A stretch of DNA of 64,000 bases. Origin: a virus. Lineage: Duplodnaviria > Caudoviricetes. Each line of letters opens with the position of its first letter. Position 1 is the stretch's first letter. Location: IMG/VR virus record IMGVR_UViG_3300025387_000009, one strand, 5' to 3'. The position numbers were made by a program, and so were the translations under genes. Positions 33,957 through 43,773 of the stretch are shown piece by piece. The notes below the pieces were generated by a model, which saw only the letters and a list, made by a program, of their open reading frames with translations, was not told the DNA's origin and did no database searches.

Positions 33957-35009
33957 ATGGGAATACAAGGTACTAGATTTTATGGCGTTGGTAACGCTCC
34001 GCAAAATATACCAGATTTAAATCTTGCGTCTAATAATGTTCCATATTTGACACCAAATGGAACAGGTTGTATAGATGTATTAAATGATTTATATTGGTCT
34101 AATTCAGGTGATGTTTCGGAAGTTCCGTTCATCATGGCAACAGAATACGAATTACAATTTGGTACATGGGTTCAAAATTTAGCTAATGCTTATTTTTTAA
34201 CAGCAAATGCGACAAATTTAAAAGATACCGATCCTTATTTAACATTATATTCCGCAAAGCCTACGGGATTTAGTTATGCTTTTCCTTGGTTAGTGGGTTC
34301 TGAAAATCCAAAAATAAGATCCGTTGGTAATCAATGGAGTGATGCTTCGGCTGCGAGTAGTGGTTCAAGTTCATCCACTGGTGGCACTAAACCAAATGGT
34401 AAAATGGCAGCAGTATCAAATTTTGTAGGCGCAGCATTAGGTGTAGCTGGTGCTGCCATATCACCAGGCATTGGATTGGAAGCAACATATCAATATAACG
34501 ATACTAATATCCAAGAATTAACAATTAAATTTCCTTTATATAATACAATTGACACAAAAAGTGCATTGGACAATTATAATTTTGTTTCTTTGTTTACGTT
34601 TCAAAATTTAAAAAATAGAACATCTTTTATCACGTTTATACCGCCAAAAATTTATAGTTTAGATGGTCTTGCTTTTGGTGGAATATATTGGCCCGCCGCT
34701 TATGTGAGTAACTTAGACATAGAAAGTATTGGCACAGCGAGATATCTTTATGAAAGTGGATATAATGCACAAACTGGTGGTAAGGGATTATTAGTCCCTG
34801 AAGCATATAAAATTAGTATAACATTTAAACAATTAGTTGCAGATAGTTCTAATATATTTTCTGGAACAATGGGTGGTACAAAAGTTCAAGTCTTAAAGCC
34901 AATTGGTGAACAATTAAAGGCTAATGGTGCAGCGTTGGGTAACGAAATAAAAGGACTGCAAACTGCTGTTGGTCAAGGGGTACAGAATTTAGGCAATAAA
35001 TTAAAATAA
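33957..35009 (+). CDS. Baseplate tube-cap-like protein (gp48-like)
   Basis: Lies between tape measure and LysM gene; IKFPLYN, PPKIY, AYVSNL.I patterns. Confidence 0.55.
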   Translation: MGIQGTRFYGVGNAPQNIPDLNLASNNVPYLTPNGTGCIDVLNDLYWSNSGDVSEVPFIMATEYELQFGTWVQNLANAYFLTANATNLKDTDPYLTLYSAKPTGFSYAFPWLVGSENPKIRSVGNQWSDASAASSGSSSSTGGTKPNGKMAAVSNFVGAALGVAGAAISPGIGLEATYQYNDTNIQELTIKFPLYNTIDTKSALDNYNFVSLFTFQNLKNRTSFITFIPPKIYSLDGLAFGGIYWPAAYVSNLDIESIGTARYLYESGYNAQTGGKGLLVPEAYKISITFKQLVADSSNIFSGTMGGTKVQVLKPIGEQLKANGAALGNEIKGLQTAVGQGVQNLGNKLK

Positions 35010-35010
35010 A

Positions 35011-35370
35011 ATGAATCAAAATAATTTTTCAAATTTACCAAAGCTAAATTCTCCTTATAGATATGAGAATTTTTTAAACGTATATCAGGATAAAGATAGC
35101 AATTATTTTTATAATTTATTAAGAAACATAACAATAATACCAGCAAATAATAATTCAATTGAAGATAGCTATACGATAAAATCAAATGATACATGGTATT
35201 TAATTTCATATAATCATTATGGAACTATGGATTTATGGTGGTTAGTTTGTGAATATAATAATATTACTAATCCCACTTTAATGCCACCAGCTGGGACAAC
35301 TTTGAAATTATTGAAATCTGAATACGTTTCTGCTATTTTACAACAATTAAATTTACAAAATAATAGTTAA
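35011..35370 (+). CDS. gp53: Baseplate wedge protein with LysM domain
   Basis: YTIKSNDTWYLISYNHYGTMDLWWLVCEYNNITNP. Confidence 0.82.
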   Translation: MNQNNFSNLPKLNSPYRYENFLNVYQDKDSNYFYNLLRNITIIPANNNSIEDSYTIKSNDTWYLISYNHYGTMDLWWLVCEYNNITNPTLMPPAGTTLKLLKSEYVSAILQQLNLQNNS

Positions 35371-35753
35371 ATTATATCTTCAAGATCAAAGTAAAATCTA
35401 ACATAGATTCTACTTTTGTCTTTTCCTTTTTTACCAGAAGTATAACAATATACTTGGTCTTTATATTTGAATAAATGAAAATCTGGCATATCTTCATCAT
35501 AAACATTTAATTCAAAATCTATATCTGGATTTTTATATAGAAATTCTTCAACTTCATCAACTGGTAAATCTTGTAAACCGTTTTGATATTCTAAAATATT
35601 AAGTTTATTTTGTAATCGTGTCCATATTCCAGTTTCGTCAGTTAAGTGTAAAACAAAAATGGGCCAACGACTATCGTATTGAAAAACACCATCCTTTTTA
35701 CCCAAATCAACAATTTTTTCTTCTTTTAGTGGTTCAGAATCAGGCTGGTTCAC
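35367..35753 (-). CDS. Hypothetical protein
   Basis: GTG-start ORF filling the gap, convergent with gp53. Confidence 0.65.
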   Translation of the reverse strand: MNQPDSEPLKEEKIVDLGKKDGVFQYDSRWPIFVLHLTDETGIWTRLQNKLNILEYQNGLQDLPVDEVEEFLYKNPDIDFELNVYDEDMPDFHLFKYKDQVYCYTSGKKGKDKSRIYVRFYFDLEDII

Positions 35754-35771
35754 ATAAGTATTTACTATACA

Positions 35772-37652
35772 ATGGGAAGAAAGCCTAAAATAGTAAATGA
35801 TGCACCGTCTTTATCTGATCTTAATGCAGAAGATATTTTAGTAGATGGTAGCTTTTATAAAGGAAATGAAAACCTTTTAAGAGGAAACGCTCAAATTAAA
35901 TGGACTCCAGAAATGATGGAGGAAATGAGATTATGTGCAAAAAAGATTTTACATTTTGCTGAAGAGTACTTTTATATTATTACCGAAGAAGGTAAACAAA
36001 AAATTAGCTTATATAAATATCAAAAACAATTATTAAAAGCTTTCGTAAATAATAGATTCAATGTAGTTTTATCAAGCCGCCAGAGCGGAAAAACAACTAC
36101 GATAACGATATATGCACTTTGGATGGTATGCTTCCAAAGTGACAAAAGAGTAACAATTGTTGCTAATAAAGAGAGTACAGCAAAAGAAATTTATGCTCGT
36201 ATTAAAATGTCATTTGAAGAGCTTCCGATTTGGATGAAACCATCGGTAAAATCATTTAGAAATGATGGGTTTGATTTGCAAAATGGATCAAAAATAACAG
36301 TTGCTTCAACATCAACATCTTCTGCTCGTGGTACTACAAGTAATCTTTTGATTATAGATGAGATGGCTCACTGTTCAAATGACCTCATGAAAGAGCTATG
36401 GAAATCTGCTATTCCTATTATTTCTTCTATGAAGAAATCACAGCTTGTTGTTATCAGTACGCCTAATGGTGTAGATAATAAGTTTTATGAGCTTGTAGAA
36501 CAAGCTAAAAAACCAGATAGCGATTGGCATTTAGAAACGGTTAATTGGTGGGATGTGCCAGGTCGTGACGAGGCTTGGAAAAAAGAGGCAATGGACGCAA
36601 TCGGGTCTAAAGACGATTTCGATCAAGAGTATGGAAATGTTTTCCATGAGAAAGGAAAAACCGCAATTGATCCCGAAGAATTAGAAAGATTAAAAGCTCA
36701 ATGTAAAGATCCTATTCTTGTAATGGATAACGGTGATTATAAGATATTCACCCAACCGAAAGATGGTTCTTTTTATGTAATCGGAGTAGACGTTGGTGAA
36801 GGTATTGGTAGATCTAACAGCGTATGTCAAATATTGGACGTATCTGATTTGGGTAACATAGATCAAGTTGCTGTTTATGCTAGCAATAATATAAGCCCTT
36901 ATAATTTTGGCACACGAATAATGGGTATCTTAGAAGATTGGGGAAGACCACCTGTTTTAATTGAAAATAACAACAACGGTGTAGAAGTATTGAATGTTTT
37001 ATCAAAAACTCATAACTATGAAAATATAGTTACATATACTTTTGAGGGTATGAGTAAACATTATAATAATGATAATCGTTTAGGTATTCATAATCATACT
37101 AATACTCGTTATAAAGGTATTACAAATTTCAGATATTGGGCTAATAGTTTAAAAGCATTAAAATTAAATGATCTAGATACAGCAGTAGAACTTTCAAATT
37201 TTGTTCGTTTACCCAATTTTACCTTTAGCAAAAGAACAGATAAAGATTTAGATGATAGAGTAATGGCTCTGGTTTGGGCATTATTTTTACTCGATCCAAA
37301 TTTAGCTACAAAATATTTTAGTGTTATTGATTTAGATGACCAAGGAAGACCATTAAAAATAAAACCTCTTATAGATAATTCTGATTTAATTGGAAAAAGT
37401 CCTATTTTTCAAGGGCAAGTTTCAATTTATAAGAAAACTGCTGTTAGCACAACACCTTTATCGTGGATTGGTAGATTCGATGAAAACCATAATCCACAAA
37501 TGGACGAAGATGTTGCAAATTTTGCTGCATGGTTACAAGGTTGGGATGGTAAAAGCGTTCCACCTATATACAGACCAATTTCTAGACCTATTAAACCATC
37601 TGAACCTGATAAATATGAAGGGGATGGTTATATGCCATCTATATTATTTTAA
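35772..37652 (+). CDS. gp17: Terminase large subunit
   Basis: SRQSGKTT, ARGTTSNLLIIDEMA, STPNG, DFDQEY, IGVDVGEG, DDRVMAL. Confidence 0.96.
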   Translation: MGRKPKIVNDAPSLSDLNAEDILVDGSFYKGNENLLRGNAQIKWTPEMMEEMRLCAKKILHFAEEYFYIITEEGKQKISLYKYQKQLLKAFVNNRFNVVLSSRQSGKTTTITIYALWMVCFQSDKRVTIVANKESTAKEIYARIKMSFEELPIWMKPSVKSFRNDGFDLQNGSKITVASTSTSSARGTTSNLLIIDEMAHCSNDLMKELWKSAIPIISSMKKSQLVVISTPNGVDNKFYELVEQAKKPDSDWHLETVNWWDVPGRDEAWKKEAMDAIGSKDDFDQEYGNVFHEKGKTAIDPEELERLKAQCKDPILVMDNGDYKIFTQPKDGSFYVIGVDVGEGIGRSNSVCQILDVSDLGNIDQVAVYASNNISPYNFGTRIMGILEDWGRPPVLIENNNNGVEVLNVLSKTHNYENIVTYTFEGMSKHYNNDNRLGIHNHTNTRYKGITNFRYWANSLKALKLNDLDTAVELSNFVRLPNFTFSKRTDKDLDDRVMALVWALFLLDPNLATKYFSVIDLDDQGRPLKIKPLIDNSDLIGKSPIFQGQVSIYKKTAVSTTPLSWIGRFDENHNPQMDEDVANFAAWLQGWDGKSVPPIYRPISRPIKPSEPDKYEGDGYMPSILF

Positions 37653-37655
37653 TTT

Positions 37656-38246
37656 ATGTATCAAACACCATTAAACAGATCTAGGAATGATAAATTCACG
37701 ATGATTTTGGACTTGCCTCTTGCAATGAAGGCAATAAGCGATCCTGTTCTTGGTACGAATTACTCTGCTGATCCTATTCAATTTACCATTTATGGATCTC
37801 CTGTGCCAGCAATAACAGTTCCTGATATCAATTTGCCTTTTGGTGGACAGGTTGCTAGAATTTCTTCTAATTCCAGACCTGCTTATAATCCATTAACAAT
37901 AAAATTTTTAGTTGATAATGGCTATAAAAATTATTGGATACTTTGGAACTGGTTAAATCTTTTTAACAATTCGCAAACTTCTAGTTCTGATATTGCATCT
38001 TTTCCTAACAATAATAATATTTTAAAAAATCCAGTTTCTCAATATGTTTCAACCTTTAATATCTTTTCATTGGATGAATATAATAATAAAGTAGTGAATT
38101 TTTCATATACTAATGCATTTCCAACTGGATTAAGTGAAATAAACTTTTCAAATCAAGACCCAAGCGAGGTTAATTGTACTGTTACCTTTGCTTTTAATCA
38201 ATTAAATGTATCTTTGGTTGCTAATGTTGATCAAGTTAATTGTTAA
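37656..38246 (+). CDS. Tail tube terminator / tube-fold protein (gp3-like)
   Basis: Tube-fold pattern (P.I.VP...LPFGG, LTIKFLVD, AFPTGLSEI). Confidence 0.65.
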   Translation: MYQTPLNRSRNDKFTMILDLPLAMKAISDPVLGTNYSADPIQFTIYGSPVPAITVPDINLPFGGQVARISSNSRPAYNPLTIKFLVDNGYKNYWILWNWLNLFNNSQTSSSDIASFPNNNNILKNPVSQYVSTFNIFSLDEYNNKVVNFSYTNAFPTGLSEINFSNQDPSEVNCTVTFAFNQLNVSLVANVDQVNC

Positions 38247-38248
38247 TT

Positions 38249-39955
38249 ATGGACTCGGCTAATAATACTCAGTCTAATGGATTACCACCAATAAATTCTA
38301 CTACTGGTGCAGCAACGCAAAATAATATAAATCAGGCGTTTATTTCGACGATACAGAATGTACCGTATTATTTTGAAATATTTCTCTTTAATGCATTAGA
38401 AAGTGATGGTTATGCACCCGTTCCTATAACTTGGAAAATTATTGATGAAATATCAATAGAAGAGTCGTTTATGACTTGGGTTGTAAAAGGTTATATTACA
38501 TTAAATTCGGACTTTGAAGTTTTGGAAAGAGGTGCATTAGCAGCTGCCTCAAGTCCTGCGATAAAAGCACCGTATGTTTTTAGAACCGATGGTAGAAATA
38601 AAATTAGTTTACGAATAAGACCTTTGCTTTCTGATCCAAATTATTTGGATAAAGATTGGGAAATGTCTTTTGATTGTGTAATTTATGATATAGAAGATTT
38701 AGATTCCGATAGCAACGGAAGAAAATTAAGAAGATATTATTTTTGGGATGAAAGATATCAAATATTAACGGAAAGAAATATAGATTATTCATCAGTTTAT
38801 AGCAATCCTAATTTTACTTCCGCAAATGGGTTAACAATGCAACAGAAAGCATATAATCCAAATTTAATGTTAAAGGATATAATAACAACCGCAGCATCAA
38901 ATCCACCCATAATGGTTAAGGGTATTAGTAATAATGTTAATAACACTATTAAAGTTGGATTTGATTATCGATTAAAGGGAGAGAGTATCGCAAATCCAAC
39001 TCAATCAATGGCTGTTTTTGATGATGGTGGAACCGATAAAATAAACCAATTATTAGAATCGAATTGGGATAATGGTAACCAAAGTAATTTATACTTTTAT
39101 ACATCACCTGCAAACTCAAGGGCAATTGATGATATAACACATGTTTTAAATTATTGTGTTTCTAATGTGCAAAATGGTCCGGTTTTTCTTCGTTTTGGTA
39201 GAGCAAATAGTGATAAAAAATGGAAGCTTGTATCTTTAGCTTCTATATTTTCACAATCACAACAAAATCAAATTGAAAGATTTTTTATAGAAGATGGTAT
39301 TCCTGCTCAGACTCCTTATGTTGCTAGATCGTGGGCTGATCCAAATGGTAATAATGTAAACTTTGTATCGCCAATGGGATCAAGAATTCAAAATTACAAA
39401 TATTCTCCAATGGTTGCAACAGATGACGCAAGAATAACAAATGCTCCTGTTCACAATTATAACTTTAATACTAATTCATGGACTGTAAATTTCGCTCAAA
39501 ATACTGCAAAAGCTGTTAGAGATGGATTACAATCTTTTGGAAAATTGGGTCTTTTTAATTTGAGTAGTGCTAATTCAAATTCAGCTAATGCTCATGTATT
39601 ATTAAATTTAAATCAATCAAAACAAAATGGATCAATATTAAAAAATGTTTTAGTAACATCAGAATTTTTCCCACCTAATTATGCTGCAAATAAAATGTTA
39701 AAAGATGCATTATTTTTAAATGAAGCAATATCTTTTGATACATTTGGATTAACATTAAGAACAGCAGGTAAATTTATTTTTATTGATAAACCAAATAGTT
39801 CAACATCGAATCCATTCGATGATAAATTTTTAGGTCAATGGTTAACCGTAAAGGTGAATCATATCTTTAGAACGGATGGATATGTAAATAATATTTGTGC
39901 AATAAAGGTTGACTCGCATTCAAAACTTTGGACGCAAACCGATAAAACAATTTAA
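38249..39955 (+). CDS. Baseplate hub protein (gp27-like)
   Basis: N-terminal EISIEES..W..KG.I; C-terminal G...RTAGKFI.I..GQWL..KVNH.F; start moved to ATG 38249. Confidence 0.6.
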   Translation: MDSANNTQSNGLPPINSTTGAATQNNINQAFISTIQNVPYYFEIFLFNALESDGYAPVPITWKIIDEISIEESFMTWVVKGYITLNSDFEVLERGALAAASSPAIKAPYVFRTDGRNKISLRIRPLLSDPNYLDKDWEMSFDCVIYDIEDLDSDSNGRKLRRYYFWDERYQILTERNIDYSSVYSNPNFTSANGLTMQQKAYNPNLMLKDIITTAASNPPIMVKGISNNVNNTIKVGFDYRLKGESIANPTQSMAVFDDGGTDKINQLLESNWDNGNQSNLYFYTSPANSRAIDDITHVLNYCVSNVQNGPVFLRFGRANSDKKWKLVSLASIFSQSQQNQIERFFIEDGIPAQTPYVARSWADPNGNNVNFVSPMGSRIQNYKYSPMVATDDARITNAPVHNYNFNTNSWTVNFAQNTAKAVRDGLQSFGKLGLFNLSSANSNSANAHVLLNLNQSKQNGSILKNVLVTSEFFPPNYAANKMLKDALFLNEAISFDTFGLTLRTAGKFIFIDKPNSSTSNPFDDKFLGQWLTVKVNHIFRTDGYVNNICAIKVDSHSKLWTQTDKTI

Positions 39956-39956
39956 T

Positions 39957-40259
39957 ATGGATAAAGAAAAATTAAAAAAAATATTATTAGAAAATGTTAA
40001 AAAGAACGCTAATCGTCAAGCAATGCCATCCCCCGTTCAAATGGCTAAAAATTTAGCGCATACAGCAGTGGCAACAGTTAAATCCGTTGCGGCTGGTAAT
40101 CCAATTAATGCGCCACAGGATCTTATTGATAAGAGAAAAAATATATGTAACGCTTGCCCTGCCTTTAGCAAGGATCAAAATAGATGTACAAAATGTGGGT
40201 GTAATATGGGAATGAAAACCTATATCAAAGCTGCTTCTTGTCCCCTTGGTAAATGGTAG
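39957..40259 (+). CDS. Small Cys-rich Zn-binding phage protein
   Basis: CNAC...RCTKCGC...SCPLGKW; start moved to ATG 39957. Confidence 0.75.
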   Translation: MDKEKLKKILLENVKKNANRQAMPSPVQMAKNLAHTAVATVKSVAAGNPINAPQDLIDKRKNICNACPAFSKDQNRCTKCGCNMGMKTYIKAASCPLGKW

Positions 40260-40830
40260 ACATTTTTTCTATTGCTTCTTTAGCATAAGAATCAATATTT
40301 GCTCTATCATTTTGTTCGCTTAAAGAATCCCAAGAAACGATATAATCAGCCATTTGTTTAATAATAAAATTATTAACTCTTTCTGTATCATTAGCATCAT
40401 AAATTCCTTTTCTTTCTACAAAAATTAAGAATCCATTCATCTCATTTTTAAGCCAGAAAACTTCATCTTTAGGATATTCTACATATCTAATGTCAGGTAA
40501 AATATTTATTGCATCCTGTTCGGGTTGAAATTGCTCAATAAAATATCTACCTTGCGTTTTTGCTCTCTGCATTTTGCCATATTCCACAAGAAGAGGTCTC
40601 ATAAATTCCTTTTCTTCAGTTATTTCGGTGAAAGAATCTAATTTAAACTTTCTTTCTATCAATTCTTGTAAATCTCCCTTTACTGTATCACCTGCAATTG
40701 ATTTTCTAACTGCTAAAACTCCTAATTTTAGGAATTCTCTGGTTAATGCTCTACAGAGAGTATCTTTACCAGCACGAGCAGCACCGGATATACCAATGAC
40801 ATTAGGGTATGAAAATAGAGTTTCAGGCAT
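40225..40830 (-). CDS. Deoxynucleoside monophosphate kinase (T4 gp1-like)
   Basis: IGISGAARAGKDT, RPLLVEYG, ILPDIRY...E. Confidence 0.78.
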   Translation of the reverse strand: MPETLFSYPNVIGISGAARAGKDTLCRALTREFLKLGVLAVRKSIAGDTVKGDLQELIERKFKLDSFTEITEEKEFMRPLLVEYGKMQRAKTQGRYFIEQFQPEQDAINILPDIRYVEYPKDEVFWLKNEMNGFLIFVERKGIYDANDTERVNNFIIKQMADYIVSWDSLSEQNDRANIDSYAKEAIEKMSTIYQGDKKQL

Positions 40831-40836
40831 AAATAT

Positions 40837-40864
40837 ATTATAAGGGTAAATTTATAAAAATCAA
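40837..40864 (-). promoter_or_regulatory. Sigma70 promoter, leaderless geometry
   Basis: Minus strand TTGATT, 16 nt, TATAAT, 6 nt, ATG 40830. Confidence 0.7.
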
Positions 40865-40873
40865 ATAAAATTT

Positions 40874-42559
40874 ATGGCAGACAATACATCATTTGGAAAT
40901 GTAACAGTTCCACAAGTGCAAATTACCTATGCTGGAGAACAGAATAATTCCGTCCCTACTGGTAATTTAATCGGTGGTGGTAGTAATATATTTAACAATA
41001 TAGCTAATTCGCCAGAAGTTCAAGCTGCCACTACGCCCTTAACAGTCCCTCCTTCTAACGTTAGTGAAAATAATGTAATTGGTAATATTGGCGTAACAAC
41101 AAACCCGAATCAAACTATATCATCAAGTCCGCCTCCACCCGCTAAACCATCGCCAAATGTAAACGCATCTCATAAACAGAGTATAAAAAAAGCTCAGGCT
41201 AATCAAAAGCCTGATTCATTAATTGATTTAGAAAAAAAATCCGGTTTAAATACAGAAGATTTAGTTTATCTTAAAGGTAAATTTTGCAGAATAAATGATA
41301 ACTATTGGTATCTGTTATTGTGCTTTTTAGTTTATGGATTTGATTATCAGGTAATGACAGCAAATGCAAATCCTGATCATGCACAGGCACATGTTGATCA
41401 AAATTTTATCAGAGATTTCAAAGCTCTTGCTAATACAAATGATCCAATTTTATTAAAAATAATTCAAAAAACACCAGCATTTAGTAAACATTGTTTTGAT
41501 GATATTGGAATGTTTGGTGTTACTCATGGTGTAAATTCAAATAAACAACCAGCAAACCCAATGTCAGGACCTACCAAGCAAGCTGGTACAAGTTTAGTGG
41601 AAAGATTATTAAACACTATTAATAATAAAATTAATGGTTTGTTAGAAAATAATTTAAATAAAACAAGAACCCAAGCTTATTTAGCTTTACCAGCAACTGC
41701 CTTTGCATCATTTCAAAAAGCAGTTGCTGCTATAAATGGAATTATAAATGCATATGAAGCATTATTGCGTGATATATATCAAGGCATAGTTCAATTAGTT
41801 CAGCAGATTTATGCAGTCATAAATGGAATCATTGCTGCAATTCAATATTATCTTTTAAGTTTAATTAACAAATATATTATCCCAATAGATTTATTATGTT
41901 TGATATTAGAATTATTAGAATCTTTTTTTGGCGATAGTAAATTTTTCTCTTCGTTATTTAATCAATCTGCATTTTTAAACAAATATTTAGGACAATTTGA
42001 ATCCGCAATAAACAAAGAAGTTAGCATGGTTGGTAATGTATTGGGATCTTTGCAACCACATTTTCCACCGCAAGTAAATCAAGTTATTCAAATTGTAAAC
42101 AGCTTGGCATTAAATCCCGCATTAGGAACAGGTGTATTGCATTATGGTTATCATCAGTCTTTACTCGGCTTACAAGCTAGCTTGATAAGTCAAATTGTTA
42201 CAAAGTACGGTCCTAACTTTGCAGCTTTATCACCTTTAGGGCAAAACCAAAATGGAAATACTTCACCGTTTCCACCTGCCCCTTCCACCTTTAATAACAG
42301 TTCATATAAAAATTATAATGGAATTCCTACATATATTAATAATATGCCACAGATTCCACAAACTATAAGCTTACCTGGCGTTAGTAATGTACCTAATCCA
42401 TTTTCTGTATTTAATAATCCAAATGCAGGATTTGGTAATATTGGAAATGATTTAGCTGCTATTGGTCAAGGGTTTAATGATATCGGAACCGCTGGTAATA
42501 ATTTAGGAACCGCTATTAACAATGCGGTAAATCCAAATACCGCTGCACCTGCGCAATAA
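40874..42559 (+). CDS. Hypothetical virion-module protein
   Basis: 561-aa ORF directly upstream of gp5; N/P/Q-rich ends. Confidence 0.75.
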   Translation: MADNTSFGNVTVPQVQITYAGEQNNSVPTGNLIGGGSNIFNNIANSPEVQAATTPLTVPPSNVSENNVIGNIGVTTNPNQTISSSPPPPAKPSPNVNASHKQSIKKAQANQKPDSLIDLEKKSGLNTEDLVYLKGKFCRINDNYWYLLLCFLVYGFDYQVMTANANPDHAQAHVDQNFIRDFKALANTNDPILLKIIQKTPAFSKHCFDDIGMFGVTHGVNSNKQPANPMSGPTKQAGTSLVERLLNTINNKINGLLENNLNKTRTQAYLALPATAFASFQKAVAAINGIINAYEALLRDIYQGIVQLVQQIYAVINGIIAAIQYYLLSLINKYIIPIDLLCLILELLESFFGDSKFFSSLFNQSAFLNKYLGQFESAINKEVSMVGNVLGSLQPHFPPQVNQVIQIVNSLALNPALGTGVLHYGYHQSLLGLQASLISQIVTKYGPNFAALSPLGQNQNGNTSPFPPAPSTFNNSSYKNYNGIPTYINNMPQIPQTISLPGVSNVPNPFSVFNNPNAGFGNIGNDLAAIGQGFNDIGTAGNNLGTAINNAVNPNTAAPAQ

Positions 42560-42560
42560 T

Positions 42561-43757
42561 ATGAATGAACCGATTTTAGGAAATCATATTGGAATTGTAA
42601 TTGATAGTGATAACACAGATGGGTTACAAATTTTTGTTCCAAATGTTACTAATACTCTTATTGATGGTTGGAATGGAGATTTAAAAGATCTATCATTTAA
42701 GACTGTTGAAACGCAACAAACTAGCGGAGGAATTACCCCTGCCATTTTCCAAAGATTAAAGGAAGTTTTACCTTGGGCGAAACCAGCGGCTCCGTTTTTT
42801 GGTGGCGGTACATCAGCACCCGTTAATACATCTTTAGGGGCGGCAACAGTAAGTCCGCAATCAAATGCAGTTCAAGCACAAAACAATCCACCAACACCGA
42901 TTAGTAATACTAGTCAAAATCAACCAGTTGCACCTAATGCAAATTTAAATCAAACTAGTTCTGCTGATAGTGCTGGATTGCAAAAGTTAGCATCAGATAG
43001 ACAGGCAAGATTTGCTCAAGAATTACAAGATCCAGTTGTTCAAAATCGTTTGGCTGCATCGGCTATACATGAAGTTGGAAGCAACCCTTATGCACAACAG
43101 GCAATGATGGAAACCGTTTTCAATCGTGCACAGTTTACAGGTCAATCAATTATCTCAATTCTGAATGCCGATTACGGTCCGGGTTGGGGTGGAAGGGATA
43201 AAGTTAATGTTCCAGCATCTTCTAATTCTATCCAAGCCATGAATAACGTTTTAAATGGTAGTAACATTACTGGAATGGCTGTTGACAATTCTTCAAATGA
43301 AGCTGGTAATACACTTGCGGCAAGAAACGTAGCGTATGGTACATCTGGTTATGTTTGGTTAGATAGCAGTCATGGTCAAATTGTTACTGATCAAGCTACA
43401 ATTGATGCATTAAATTCTGGCAGTACACAAGGAAATTACGAATTATTATATCGTGGATCAAACGGCAGTAGAAATCAAACGGGTGCAAGTATAAATGCGA
43501 ATTCTTACGCTGATGCAAATGGATTACAATCTTCTGCTTTAGTATCAAGTGGAACTTCAATTATAGGTTATAGTCCTAATAGGAGTATGGTTGCTAATAT
43601 GGTTAGTGCTCATCTACCAAGTGGAGGTGCAAATGGATTTTATTCAAAACCAGCTATCGGTGCAAAGGTTTGGGTATTTTTTTATGGTGGAGATATTCAA
43701 AGACCAATATATTTTGCATCTGTTCTTGATGGTTCAGGCGTTGCATATCAATCTTAA
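42561..43757 (+). CDS. gp5: gp5/VgrG-like OB-fold protein with inserted putative cell-wall hydrolase domain
   Basis: GNHIGIV...LPWAKPAAP at N-terminus; GANGFYSKPAIGAKVWVFFYGGDIQRPIY at C-terminus; insert HEVG..AQQAMMETVFNR. Confidence 0.72.
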   Translation: MNEPILGNHIGIVIDSDNTDGLQIFVPNVTNTLIDGWNGDLKDLSFKTVETQQTSGGITPAIFQRLKEVLPWAKPAAPFFGGGTSAPVNTSLGAATVSPQSNAVQAQNNPPTPISNTSQNQPVAPNANLNQTSSADSAGLQKLASDRQARFAQELQDPVVQNRLAASAIHEVGSNPYAQQAMMETVFNRAQFTGQSIISILNADYGPGWGGRDKVNVPASSNSIQAMNNVLNGSNITGMAVDNSSNEAGNTLAARNVAYGTSGYVWLDSSHGQIVTDQATIDALNSGSTQGNYELLYRGSNGSRNQTGASINANSYADANGLQSSALVSSGTSIIGYSPNRSMVANMVSAHLPSGGANGFYSKPAIGAKVWVFFYGGDIQRPIYFASVLDGSGVAYQS

Positions 43758-43759
43758 TT

Positions 43760-43767
43760 TATAAATA
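43760..43767 (+). promoter_or_regulatory. T4 late promoter consensus TATAAATA
   Basis: Exact consensus, 6 nt before ATG 43774. Confidence 0.75.
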
Positions 43768-43773
43768 TATAAT

